This document shows positions 24,546 through 34,860 of a stretch of 64,000 nucleotides of DNA, piece by piece. The stretch covers positions 2,358,001 through 2,422,000 of the forward strand of contig NC_045697.1 of the NCBI RefSeq assembly GCF_009834535.1. The letters are read 5' to 3'. This DNA is from Camelus ferus. Its lineage: Eukaryota. A program made the translations under genes and the position numbers. How positions within the stretch are numbered: position 1 is the stretch's first letter; every line of letters starts with the position of its first letter. The notes beneath the pieces were generated by a model that made no database searches, had not been told where the DNA came from, and saw only the letters and a program-made list of their open reading frames with translations.

Positions 24546-27439
24546 CAGGGAGCTGGTTCAAAGAGACAGGCAACCATCTACCTGAGCTGAGGCCACTGGT
24601 GGAGCACAGAGCACCTCGCCCAGCAGGTGTGCACCCAAATTCCTCCTTATGACAGGGGTCCTAGGACCCAACGGCCTGTGGTTGTGGCCCTGGCCGGACC
24701 AAGCTTTCCCTCTGGACCCTGCTCATTGTGGGTGGAACGACGGCAAGTACACCTTGGCAGCCCCAGGATGCTCTGCTTCCACGTGGCTTCCCTTCTGAGA
24801 CGCCCCACCCCTCCCCCATGCCCGCATCCCCCATCAGGACCGCCTGGCTCCCCACAGTGCCCTCCCGTCACCCCTCCTGGTCCCGCTGAGCCAGGCCTGG
24901 CCGTCAGCGGCTCACCCACTAGGCAGTCTTTCCGGGCGTGTGCTGTTCTGCCTGTTACGGGACAGTTGGGAGCAGTTTGTCAAGCTTAATTTTCAGTGTT
25001 GGGGTGAGAGGCCTCTCCAGCTCTTTGCAAACAGCTCCATCCCTGGGGCCTCTGGTGCACACAAGCAGGACTGCATTCAGTGCGCCTTGAAGCCCGGGCT
25101 CTCTACCCCAAGGACTCCGCAGGGACCCAGCCCTCCGCCGCCCTCAGCTCTGGGCCCAGGACCCACGGGAGAGGCGCTTCCTCCTTCCTCCTCCTGGGTT
25201 ATGCCGGCAGTGTGATGCCTGCTGCCTGAGGTCAAAAGGCGGGCCAAACATCCCCAGGGGCCTGAGTCACTTGGCCCGCCAGGCGCTCTAGATGTCTCCT
25301 GCCTGGCCTGGCTGAAGAGCTGTGGCCTGGGCAGTGGGACGTCCTGTGTGCATTGGGCCCCCAGGAGCTCTGGGTCCTCTTCTTCCAAATCCCTCATGCT
25401 GGCTGGCCTTGCTTGTGAACACATGAAGTGTTGAGTGGAGCCAGGACGCTGGATGCATCCCCCAAAGTGCTCCTCAAAAGATGAGAACCCCTTGTGGTCA
25501 GGAGGAGACCCACATGGCTGTGCAGCTGCTGGGAGAAAGACAGATCTCTCAAAAATCTACATCCGACCACCGCCACGTCCCGGTTTTGGGTCTTCCTCTG
25601 GCTCCCCATGCCTCCAGGACAAGTCCACCCCCACCCCAGGGAGCACAACCAACAGGGGCCTCTCACTTCCTAAAAACTTCTGTCACTCTCCAAATGCAGC
25701 TCAAAGGTCACCTCCTCCAGGAAGCCTTCTTTGACAACCCCACTGCCAGGCTTGGAGGGGAGGAGCTGCAGGGCACCGATGACATTCACTGCCCCCATCT
25801 CAGTGTGTGACACCATCTGCCCCAGAAAACAAGCACTCAGGTAGGAGGCCTGATACAGACAAGGCCAGCGTGTGCCAATGAGGGAGGGTCAGCTGTGTGT
25901 GTCTTCCCTGCGAAATGCTCCCCCAGGCGCCCCAGTCAGTGGGGTCTCTTAGGCCTCCAGGACCAGGGGGGTCTTTCACAAATATGGTGCCTCTACCCTC
26001 CCTGGGTCACATACGGTCATGGCTTTGCTCCCCAAAGGGCATCAATGCCAAGGACTGGCCTGGGAGCTTTAACCTTCTTGGACAGGTCTGCCATCTGGAG
26101 TGTCTGATTTCCAGCCCAGCGCCGGCCTGAGCCCCTCTTCCTCAGTGTAACTGCTTAACAAGGGTGCTGGAGCTCCACGTTGGCATCTCTGCTAAGATAG
26201 CGTGCTCTCCCGGGAAGGCCTCTGAGCTCAGGAAAGAGAGGCGCAGCCCTCAAGCCAGGCACATTTCTAGGCGTCCCCGGGGAGGTGGGAAGTTCTGACC
26301 CCTCCCGGAGACACCCTCCTATTACCCAGAGGCATCCCACTCCCTCCCCCAGCCTCAACCCCCACCGCACCCCCTATCTGAGGATGCAGAGAGCTACCCG
26401 CTGGCCTAGGTGCGTTTCTGCTCTGCTGGGAGAAAAGATGCTCCTGTTCATCCTAGTGAGAAATGCCAGGCCTGGGAACTCCAACTTCCTTCCCACGGTC
26501 TGTCTTCCTAAGACCTCAGGCTGCCTGGAGGTGGGGACCAGCACCTGACACGGGGTCGGAGCAGCAGTGCGCATCTGCGGAACGAATGCACAGGGACGTG
26601 GGACCTGGGTAAGCGGGGGTGACCTCAGAAGCTCGCCCCTAAGCAGAAACGAGGCACCCACGCAAAACCGCCTCTCATCCGGGCAATTCAGTTTGGGGCG
26701 TTTGTCAGAAACGGTTAGGTTAAACATCCCCCATTCTTTAAAAGCTGGGCCACGGAGCATAAGAATTAAACTTCAAATATTGCCAACATGGGTGCAGAGC
26801 TTGGGAGCCTGCCCAGGGCTTCCACGGGCACCGCCGTCATGATTCATGCTTCAGCAGCGCTTGGAAGCGGGCAGAGGAGGGCAACTGCGGCCGGGGGTGG
26901 GGAGATGGTTCTGCCCCGGAGCACCGACCAGAGATGGGAGTCGGAGCCGGCCCTGGCCCTCCGCAGCACCCGTGCGCACCCAGGCAGCGTCGCGTCCTCC
27001 ACCAGGCTGCGAGTGGCTGGCTCTCCAATCAGGCCGCGGACCCCGAGCCCGCCGGTGTTGCGCGCGAGTGTGCGCGCCCGCGGGTGCGTGTGCCCGGGGG
27101 AGGCGAGGAAGCTCCCGTCTTAGAGCAAGCTTCTGGAACTCACCGCCCAGGCCAGTCGGCACTCAGCCCCGTCCCGCAGACTGCAGGCGGCCCTGGAGGG
27201 GGCGCCCTCGCCGAGCGCGCGCCCCGCGCCGCCGCCCCGGGCTCCTCCCCGGCGCCGCGCAGGCAGGTTCGCCGAGGCGGCCGCGGGCTCCGGCTCCCGG
27301 GCCCGCTCCCCCTACCCGGGCCGGCGGCCCTGGCCTGCTCGCCGGGCCGCCCCCGCCCACCCGCTCCCCGCCCCGCTGCGCAACTCTACCCAAGTTGGAA
27401 GCCGAGCCCGGGCGGCGACACTCGCGCCGAGCGCCCGGT

Positions 27440-27496
27440 GGCGGCGGCGGCGGCGGCGGCGGAGGAGGAAGAGGCGGCGGCGGCGGCGGCGGCGGC
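27440..27496 (+). repeat. Interrupted trinucleotide repeat (GGC)7(GGA)3AGA(GGC)8
   Basis: Read directly from the sequence, about 0.7 kb upstream of the ATG. Confidence 0.95.
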
Positions 27497-28077
27497 GCAG
27501 CTCGGGCGAGCCAAGGCAGGCGAGGCGGCGCCCGCACGGCCGAGCGAAGACCGCGGGGGGCGCCCTGCCTGGAGCAGCAGGAGGAGGAGCAGGAGGACGC
27601 GCGGCGGCGCCGGCGCCCTGCCCGGGAAAGTAAAGTTGGAGCCAGAGGCGGCGTGCGGGCGCGGGGGCCCAAAGGAACGGCGGCCCGCCGAGCCCTAGCC
27701 GGCCGGATGGGAGGCGGAGCGCCCGGGCCGCCGCCGCCTGCAGCCTGCGCCCCGGCTGGGCGCCGGGGCCGCGGGGCAGCTCAGGCACGCCCGCTCGGGC
27801 GCCGCGTTGCCGTGGGCTCGCGGCCGGGGCTCTCCCCGTGAGCCGGGCCGAGGGCGGGGCCGCGCGAGGACCCCGGGACCTGCCCCCTCCCCCCCGCCGC
27901 CGCCGCGTCGCCGCTCGCTCCGGGCGCCTCCTGCTCTGCACTTACGCGTGCGGCAGCGGCGGAGAGCCCGGCAGCCACGCTCTCCGGCGCGCCGCTCGCC
28001 CGCCCGCCGAGCCACCACGGCCGAGGGCCAGCTGTTGGGCGCCGCGGTCCCTGGCGGGCGCGCACGAACAGGTGGCG

Positions 28078-28152
28078 ATGCGGGCGCCGACCCGGGCTGC
28101 GGGGCGCCCAAGCTGCCGCGGCTGCGCCCCGGCTCCAGGCGGGACCGCGTAG
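28078..28152 (+). other. Upstream ORF in the ADRA2C 5' leader (24 aa, [24 protein letters not shown])
   Basis: ATG at 28078 (gcgATGc), TAG at 28150-28152, out of frame with ADRA2C, ending 14 nt before the main ATG. The ORF is directly visible; translation is not shown. Confidence 0.55.
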
Positions 28153-28166
28153 CTTGCGGGAGGACC

Positions 28167-29546
28167 ATGGCGTCCCCGGCGCTGGCGGCGGCGCTGGCGG
28201 CGGCGGCGGCGGGTCACAACGCGAGCGGCGCCGGCGAGGGGGGCAGCGGCAGGGCCGCCAACGCCTCGGGGTCCACCTGGGGGCCGCCCCCGGGCCAGTA
28301 CTCGGCGGCTGCCGTGGCGGGGCTGGCGGCCCTGGTGGGCTTCCTCATCGTCTTTACCGTGGTGGGCAACGTGCTGGTGGTGATCGCCGTGCTGACCAGC
28401 CGAGCGCTGCGTGCGCCGCAGAACCTCTTCCTGGTGTCGCTGGCCTCGGCTGACATCCTGGTGGCCACGCTGGTCATGCCTTTTTCTCTGGCCAACGAGC
28501 TCATGGCCTACTGGTACTTTGGGCAGGTGTGGTGCGGCGTGTACCTGGCGCTCGACGTGCTCTTCTGCACCTCGTCCATCGTTCACCTGTGCGCCATCAG
28601 CCTGGACCGCTACTGGTCCGTAACGCAGGCCGTCGAGTACAACCTGAAGCGCACCCCGCGCCGCGTCAAGGCCACCATCGTGGCTGTGTGGCTCATCTCG
28701 GCCGTCATCTCCTTCCCGCCGCTGGTCTCGCTCTACCGCCAGCCCGACGGCGCCGCCTACCCGCAGTGTGGCCTCAACGATGAGACCTGGTACATCCTGT
28801 CCTCCTGCATCGGCTCCTTCTTCGCCCCCTGCCTCATCATGGGCCTGGTCTACGCACGCATCTACCGCGTGGCCAAGTTGCGCACGCGCACGCTTAGCGA
28901 GAAGCGCGAGCCCGCGGGCCCCGACGGCGCGTCCCCGACCACGGAGAACGGTTTGGGCGCGGGCGAGAACGGGCACTGCGCGCTCCCGCGCCGCTCGCGG
29001 GCCGACGTGGATCCGGAGGACAGTAGCGCGGCAGCCAAGAGGCGCCGGCGCCGGGGCGCGCTGCGGCGGGGCGGGCGGCGGCGCGCGGGCGGCGAGGGAG
29101 CCTCGGGTGCCGACGGGGCGGGGCCCGGGTCGGGGACGGCCGAGCAGGGCGCGCTGGCGGCCGAGAGGTCCCCAGGCCCCAGCGGGCGCCTTTCGCGCGC
29201 CAGCTCGCGCTCCGTCGAATTCTTCCTGTCGCGGCGGCGCCGGGCGCGCAGCAGCGTGTGCCGCCGCAAGGTGGCCCAGGCGCGCGAGAAGCGCTTCACC
29301 TTCGTGCTGGCGGTGGTCATGGGCGTGTTCGTGCTCTGCTGGTTCCCCTTCTTCTTCAGCTACAGCCTGTACGGCATCTGCCGCGAGGCCTGCCAGGTGC
29401 CCGTCCCGCTCTTCAAGTTCTTCTTCTGGATCGGTTACTGCAACAGCTCGCTCAACCCGGTCATCTACACTGTCTTCAATCAGGACTTCCGGCGCTCTTT
29501 CAAACACATCCTCTTCCGACGGAGGCGAAGGGGCTTCAGGCAGTGA
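28167..29546 (+). CDS. ADRA2C: Alpha-2C adrenergic receptor (class A GPCR), single exon, 459 aa
   Basis: ATG in strong Kozak context (ggaccATGg). Translation [16 protein letters not shown]...GN (TM1), LASAD (TM2), [20 protein letters not shown] (TM3 Asp + DRY), [10 protein letters not shown] (TM5 serines), CWFPFF (TM6), NPVIY (TM7). The C-terminus [15 protein letters not shown] is characteristic of alpha-2C. Two N-terminal NAS glycosylation sequons and a long Gly/Arg-rich ICL3. The ORF-track entry 27807..29546 starts at an upstream TTG; the canonical Met is residue 121 of it. Confidence 0.98.
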   Translation: MASPALAAALAAAAAGHNASGAGEGGSGRAANASGSTWGPPPGQYSAAAVAGLAALVGFLIVFTVVGNVLVVIAVLTSRALRAPQNLFLVSLASADILVATLVMPFSLANELMAYWYFGQVWCGVYLALDVLFCTSSIVHLCAISLDRYWSVTQAVEYNLKRTPRRVKATIVAVWLISAVISFPPLVSLYRQPDGAAYPQCGLNDETWYILSSCIGSFFAPCLIMGLVYARIYRVAKLRTRTLSEKREPAGPDGASPTTENGLGAGENGHCALPRRSRADVDPEDSSAAAKRRRRRGALRRGGRRRAGGEGASGADGAGPGSGTAEQGALAAERSPGPSGRLSRASSRSVEFFLSRRRRARSSVCRRKVAQAREKRFTFVLAVVMGVFVLCWFPFFFSYSLYGICREACQVPVPLFKFFFWIGYCNSSLNPVIYTVFNQDFRRSFKHILFRRRRRGFRQ

Positions 29547-30079
29547 CCCGCGCACTCTGCCTGGCGCCGAGACCCTGGACAGCTCCGGGCGGAGGGGGCG
29601 GGCAGGCGTGGCGCCCGAGGAGAAAGTGGGAGCAGCTTTCCCAGAGACCCAGGGACGGATTGGCCTCCAGGGAGCAGGGGAGGGTGCGGCAGGACTGGAG
29701 CGAGGGCTGAGAAACACAGGGGCCCCGGGGAGGGGGAAGGAGAAAGGGGAGACCCCTCTGCCTTCCCACCTCAGCAAGGGGCTGCTTCTGGGGCTCCAGG
29801 CCTGGGTCCCACTCCGGGGGTCCTGCCAAGGTGTGGCTGTGAGGTCAGGGCCGTGGACCGCAGTGGTATGCATCCTCCCAGGTGTGTGAGAACGGAGCCT
29901 GCCCCCTCCCCCAACATGTGCCACCACCCCATCCACCGCTGAGCAAGGGCTGACTTCTGGGGACCAGTGGGGCAGCTTCCCAGGGAGAAGAAAAAGGGCA
30001 CTGACAACCTTTGATTACGGAAAGTATTTAAATGTTTGCCAAAAATGACTGACAGCCAAAACAACCAAACTCTTTTCTA

Positions 30080-30085
30080 AATAAA
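30080..30085 (+). terminator. ADRA2C polyadenylation signal AATAAA
   Basis: AATAAA about 530 nt after the stop, preceded by an AU-rich block (gtatttaaatgttt, ~30024) and followed by GU-rich sequence (gtgtcgggttctattg). Confidence 0.8.
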
Positions 30086-33000
30086 CCTTTGTAACCTACG
30101 TGTCGGGTTCTATTGCCTGCCCGTCAGCGCCGGGGTGGGGTACCTTCCCGCCCCTCGCCCCACCTGACCTCCCCTGAGTGTGGGAGGAGGGCACTCCGGG
30201 CTGCCAGATTCAACCCCTCTTGGACGGGGTCTTTGTTGAAAACTGTTTCACATACAAAAAATACAGTCAAATTTTTTGTGCTGTAACTGGCCAAGAGGCG
30301 AAAGAAATCAAGAGACCCCAAACTGACGCCAAATTTAGATCCTGGGGGACTGCCCTCCTTCGTAATTCTCTCCCCACCTCTGAGTCTAGGTTTCCCCCGG
30401 TGCAGCCCAGCCTTGCCCCCTTGCTCACCCCACACGGAGGCTTGAGGAGGAGTGCCTAGAAGGAGGGAGAGTAACGTGTGAGAGAGGGTCTCCCCCCACG
30501 CTCTTCCAGCCCCAGCAGAGAGCCCAGAAACTCCTGGGAAGGCTGGTGGGGAGGGGTGGGAGCAGGGCCCCTGAGGTGTGCACACACACGCTTAGTGGGC
30601 TGGAGGGGCTTGTGCTGGGGACCCGTGCTATGACCACCCACCCCCGTGCCTGCACTGTCCCTCATCGGCCCCTGCCTGCCAGCCTGGCTCTCTCCTGGGC
30701 CACTACTCATCTGTCTTTGGTCTGCAGTGGCCACAGATCTGTCTCAGGGAGGAGTCAGCCCTGGGTCCTGCTTTTCCAGCCCCTGTCTCCCGCATCAGGG
30801 GCCAGGGCAGGTCCCTTTCCTCTTGTGACTTATCAGGGCTGCCCCTTGGAGAAGCCGTCTGTAGCTGCCTGGCCTCATCACCTCAAGCCATATGTCCTCA
30901 GGGTACTCCAACTGGGAAGAGCTCTCCCAAACAGGGGGCCTGGTGGGGAGAGGGGCTGAGAAAATGGCTAGCCAAGGCCGCCTGGAACATCCCTGACCCC
31001 CCACCACCGGGCAGATGTGTCCATGTTGTGGGCTCTGTTGCAGGATTGCTGAGCTAACTCAGATACACCTTGGCCCTCTCTGGGCCTCAGTACCCCTCCT
31101 GTGAAGTGGAGTGGGGGCTGAACCTTCAGGCCCTGCCAGGCTTGTAGTCTCCTGTCCAACTTGCCAGCCGAATGGGGGGCCCGTGATGCTAGCCTTCCCT
31201 CGGAGAGAGCCTGACCAACACTGGTATTGCTGTCTCAGTGCAGTGGGTTAATGACACTGCCCCCACCCCCCTGGGGGCTCTTGGGGACTGAACTCGGAGT
31301 GTCCAGCAGGAGCACGTAGCCTGGAACACAGCCCATGGAAGAATGTCAACGAACCCTCCTCCTTTTCCTTCCCGAATGCCAAGCACTGCACCTTCCAGGG
31401 CTGTGGCTGGGACCGCAGCGCCCGGCACTTAATATCCCATTCAGCCAACAGACGTTCTCAGCTCGATCATAATTGCTGCCTGGAGAGACTTTCTTTTCAG
31501 CTGGATCAACAGAGACAGAACCTGGCTTATCACCCTGCCTGCTGCAGGGAAACGGGCCGGCTGCCTTGCTCCGAGTCTCCGGCTCCATTGATGAAGTGGG
31601 GGCGCGGACATCCCACTGAGGGTGCCCGTGAGCACTGACTGCTCCCAGCTGGCCCGGGAGCCACCATGCAGGGGATTTCCCTGGTGTACAAAGGAGGGGC
31701 CCCAAGCTCCGTCCACCCTCATCCACTGTGCACGCTCATTCCCGCAGGGCTCTCCTCTCATATAGCATCCTCCTGTCTGCGCCCCGGTGCCGAGCTCATC
31801 TGTGTCTGGGGAAACCGAGGCCCAGGACCCACAGGTGTGCGGGAGGGCAGAGCCGGGCATGAGCCCAGAAACAGCCAGCTCCGGAGAGTCCTGCCCCAAG
31901 CCCTCCGGTGCCAGTGCCCTCCGAGCTTGGCGAGCCTGGGCCCCGCGCTGGAGAAGCATTGCACACAACTGCCTTCCTGCCCTGGGATGCCCCTTGGACT
32001 CCTGGGAGATTTCAGACAAAATAAAAAAGCACCCACAACGAGATCAAGGAGGGCAGAGCCCTGACAGAGGTTGGCTTCAGCGCCGTACCCAGCTCCAGCC
32101 CACCGCTCGTGCAGCCGTTGGGACGTGCGTAGACAGACGTTCATTTAAATTAACTCCTATGTCTTAATTCAACTGCCGAGTTTGTGGAAAAGGGGGAGAA
32201 GAATCATCCAAATATTCCGTTACAGCTCAGTATGCAATTAAAAGAAAAAAAAACCACTCACTTGGAGCAGGCAGAATTGCTAACACTTTAGAAGAGCAGC
32301 TCCAGTCTTTGGAGCCTGCCCCCGGCTCCGGGGGTGGGGGCTGAGGATGGGAGAGAACTGGTTGCCGAGGCACTTGCTGGCGAGGAAGCCATCCTTCCCG
32401 GCTGTGCTGGCAGCCAGCTGTATTTTTATATCACATCCATCGGCAGGGCTCAAATATTCCAGTGCAGCCTCAGATCAAAACACTGGGCGCCTGCAGGCCC
32501 ATCTTGAGTCTGGCTGGGCAGCTGTGGCGCTTTGCTGAGCCGAACCCGGCAGAGGGGAGGCAGCAGGCAGCCCGGCTGAAGGCGCGCTGCGCCCAACCGG
32601 GCCCCTGTGGGCTCCGGGGCCCCTGGCTGTGCTGTGTGTCAGCCTGTGGCTGTCCCTGGGCAGTGATGGGTGCCTTCTCTGCTTGCCAGGGGCCATCCAT
32701 GGGGCATTATGTGGATGCAGGTGGGCTTCACAGGGACGGGGGGTGTGAGTTAGTAGAAGGCCAGCTCATCGGAGCTGCATAGAGAAGGGGGGACCTAGGT
32801 GAGGCATCCCACCTTGTGCACCCGGAGTCCCTGCTCTGGGTCTGCCGGGAGGGGCTCGGAGGCCGCAGCATGCCCCCAGCCCTGCCCATCTCGGAAGGTC
32901 AGCTTCATGTTGATCAGCTGGACTACTGAAAGCATCACATGTAGCTGAGTTGGGGCCGAGGAGGGTGAAGGGTGTGGGTGGTAGAAGCACCCCATCAGCC

Positions 33001-34719
33001 TGAAGGGGACCCCAGCAGGCGCCCTGGGTCCACTCCCCACGTGACCCCAGCCCCACGTCCCACCGTCTGTAAATGGTGCACACCCTCTCCTGGCTGGGTG
33101 GGGACACGCATATGAGACGGTCCATGACCTCCAAGTGGCGGGGCACAGTGTCTGTGAAATCTACCCAGGGAGCAGTCAACTGCCAACCCTGGGCCAAAGG
33201 AAAACCCTGGGGACAAAATGTGTTTCTTTCCTGCCAAAAGAGTTTGTTCCCAGTGAAAGCCTCGGGCACAATGGGGTCATTATGTCAAGATAAGGGATCA
33301 CCATGCAGGGTGGAGTGGAAGCGCTGGCCTGGAAAGCCCTGTTGAAGGGCATCCGCTCTGGTGGCTGAGCACAAAATGTGCTGCAAGCTGCCTGGCAGTG
33401 ATGGAGAAAAAGGAAACAGGTGCACCCTGCTGTCTGCTGCTAAGTTGCTAGGAAGAGCTGAGACCCACCTGTTGGCCTCTGTGAAACCACCACGAAGACT
33501 GCCCAGGCTGGGCGCCATCCCACAGGCCTCTGTGACTCTGGAGAGACTGCCTCTAGGGGTGGGGGCTCTGGGGACCACGCAGAACCCTGGGAGATCATTC
33601 ACACCATAGTCCCTGTTGGGGTGGGGGAATGGTCAGTTCTCAGCCCCCGGGGTCCAGCCTCCCTCACTAGCTGCACCAGATAAGGCCATTTCCTATTCGT
33701 GCCACCAACCCTCAGGTCGGTACCTCCCTGACTTGGAGCTGCAGAACTGTGAGGCCTGAGGGGCAGGGCAGTCACAGGAGAGGGGCCTGCCTGGCGTCCA
33801 AGACTGGGGCCTGTCTGCAGTCTCCACGTCCTGGTGCCAGAATGAGCCTTAGGGGCTGCAAAGCCTGCCTGGCACAAGCCCCTGCAGCCCCTCCCACCCC
33901 CCACAGCCTGGGATCAAGCCCGGGCTCTAAGGGCCCTCAGGCCTGTGTGCACCCACCTCATGCTCTGCCCTCTGCCAGGAGCACCTTTCCTGTCTTTACG
34001 CAAGTGTCTCTCATAGGCCCCGCCAGGCTCACACCCGAAAGCCTTTTGGAGCCTCCATCCCTGCCCTCCCCAGCTGCAGGTCCCCAAGGCTGGCCAGGCA
34101 CTGCCCCCTGCCCCCAGTGCAGGGGTGGAGGGTGGGGTGGGGCTTGGGGGACAGAGCAACTCCGAACACGGGGACAATGTGTCTTCCTGGCCAGCAAAGC
34201 AGGCCTCCCTCGGGGATACAGGGCTATCCTCCTTCTCCCACAGAGAAGCCCCCAGAGGTCATCTCTGGACAGCAAACCTGAGAGCCTTCCGGGGCGTGCC
34301 CACTGCGGATGCCCCGCGACTGGCTCTCGGGCTGTTGGGAAGAAACTTTGTGCAGCCAAGTCAGGAATGCCGGTGGTAGCTGGGGGCTGCGGCCCGTGGG
34401 CCGGGCCCGGGGCGTGGGGATCTCCCGCTGCACGTGCGGGCCCAGCTGCTGCAGCCATCTGTTCAAATATTGGTGGGTGGGCGGGCCGTCCCTCTCATTT
34501 AATTAGCTCCTAACGGACTGTGCAGCATCTATGAAAACAAAAAGCTCTCCATGTGGCTTTCAGGAGTCTGGCTGGATACCTCGAAGAGCTCTGGGTGGAA
34601 GTTACCCCAAGGGTGGTCCAGAGCAGTCGCCCCCTCCCCATCCTACAGAGAGGCCCAGAGAGGAGAGTCGTGTTGGGGAATAATCACACAGAACAGACGT
34701 GATTGTGAGCCCTGCAGCT

Positions 34720-34860
34720 AGTGTTTGTCGTGTGCCTTCCGCATGCCAGCCTGAGGATGGCGCTCTGAGTGTTCACTTCTCACGATTCTGCCCAGTGTGG
34801 GTGGCTAGTCCCACTTTACAGATGAGAAAACTGAGCTCCAGAGAGGGGCTGATGTGATGA
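34720..34860 (-). mobile_element. MIR fragment
   Basis: cccactttacagatgagaaaactgagctccagagagg. Confidence 0.6.

Larger units (their letters stand above)
26850..29620. promoter_or_regulatory. CpG island covering the ADRA2C promoter, 5' leader and CDS
   Basis: Very dense CpG and GC content. CCAAT box (CCAATCAG, 27025-27032), GC-box-like elements (e.g. CCCCGCCC near 27351 and 27366), no clear TATA. Boundaries judged by eye. Confidence 0.9.

Noticed and set aside
23847..24585. His/Thr- and Cys/Val-rich ORFs
   Set aside because: Translations of the TG/CA low-complexity tract.
26846..27941. Long Gly/Ala/Arg/Pro-rich ORFs over the promoter (331, 254, 209 aa)
   Set aside because: Low-complexity products of the CpG island and the GGC repeat.
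27807..28166. ORF-track start at TTG 27807 giving a 579-aa receptor
   Set aside because: Bacterial-style start call. The canonical ADRA2C N-terminus begins at ATG 28167. Only the Kozak-framed ACG at 28017 was kept as a hypothesis.
29544..29552. Possible stop-codon readthrough (TGA-C)
   Set aside because: The context is TGA CCC, not the efficient TGA CTAG motif, and there is no other support.
28768..29889. 373-aa alternative-frame ORF inside ADRA2C
   Set aside because: GC-driven stop avoidance, non-ATG ORF-track start and low-complexity composition.
27942..29936. 664-aa antisense ORF overlapping ADRA2C
   Set aside because: Shadow frame of a CDS with very high GC at third codon positions. 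No recognisable domain; such stop-free antisense frames are expected.
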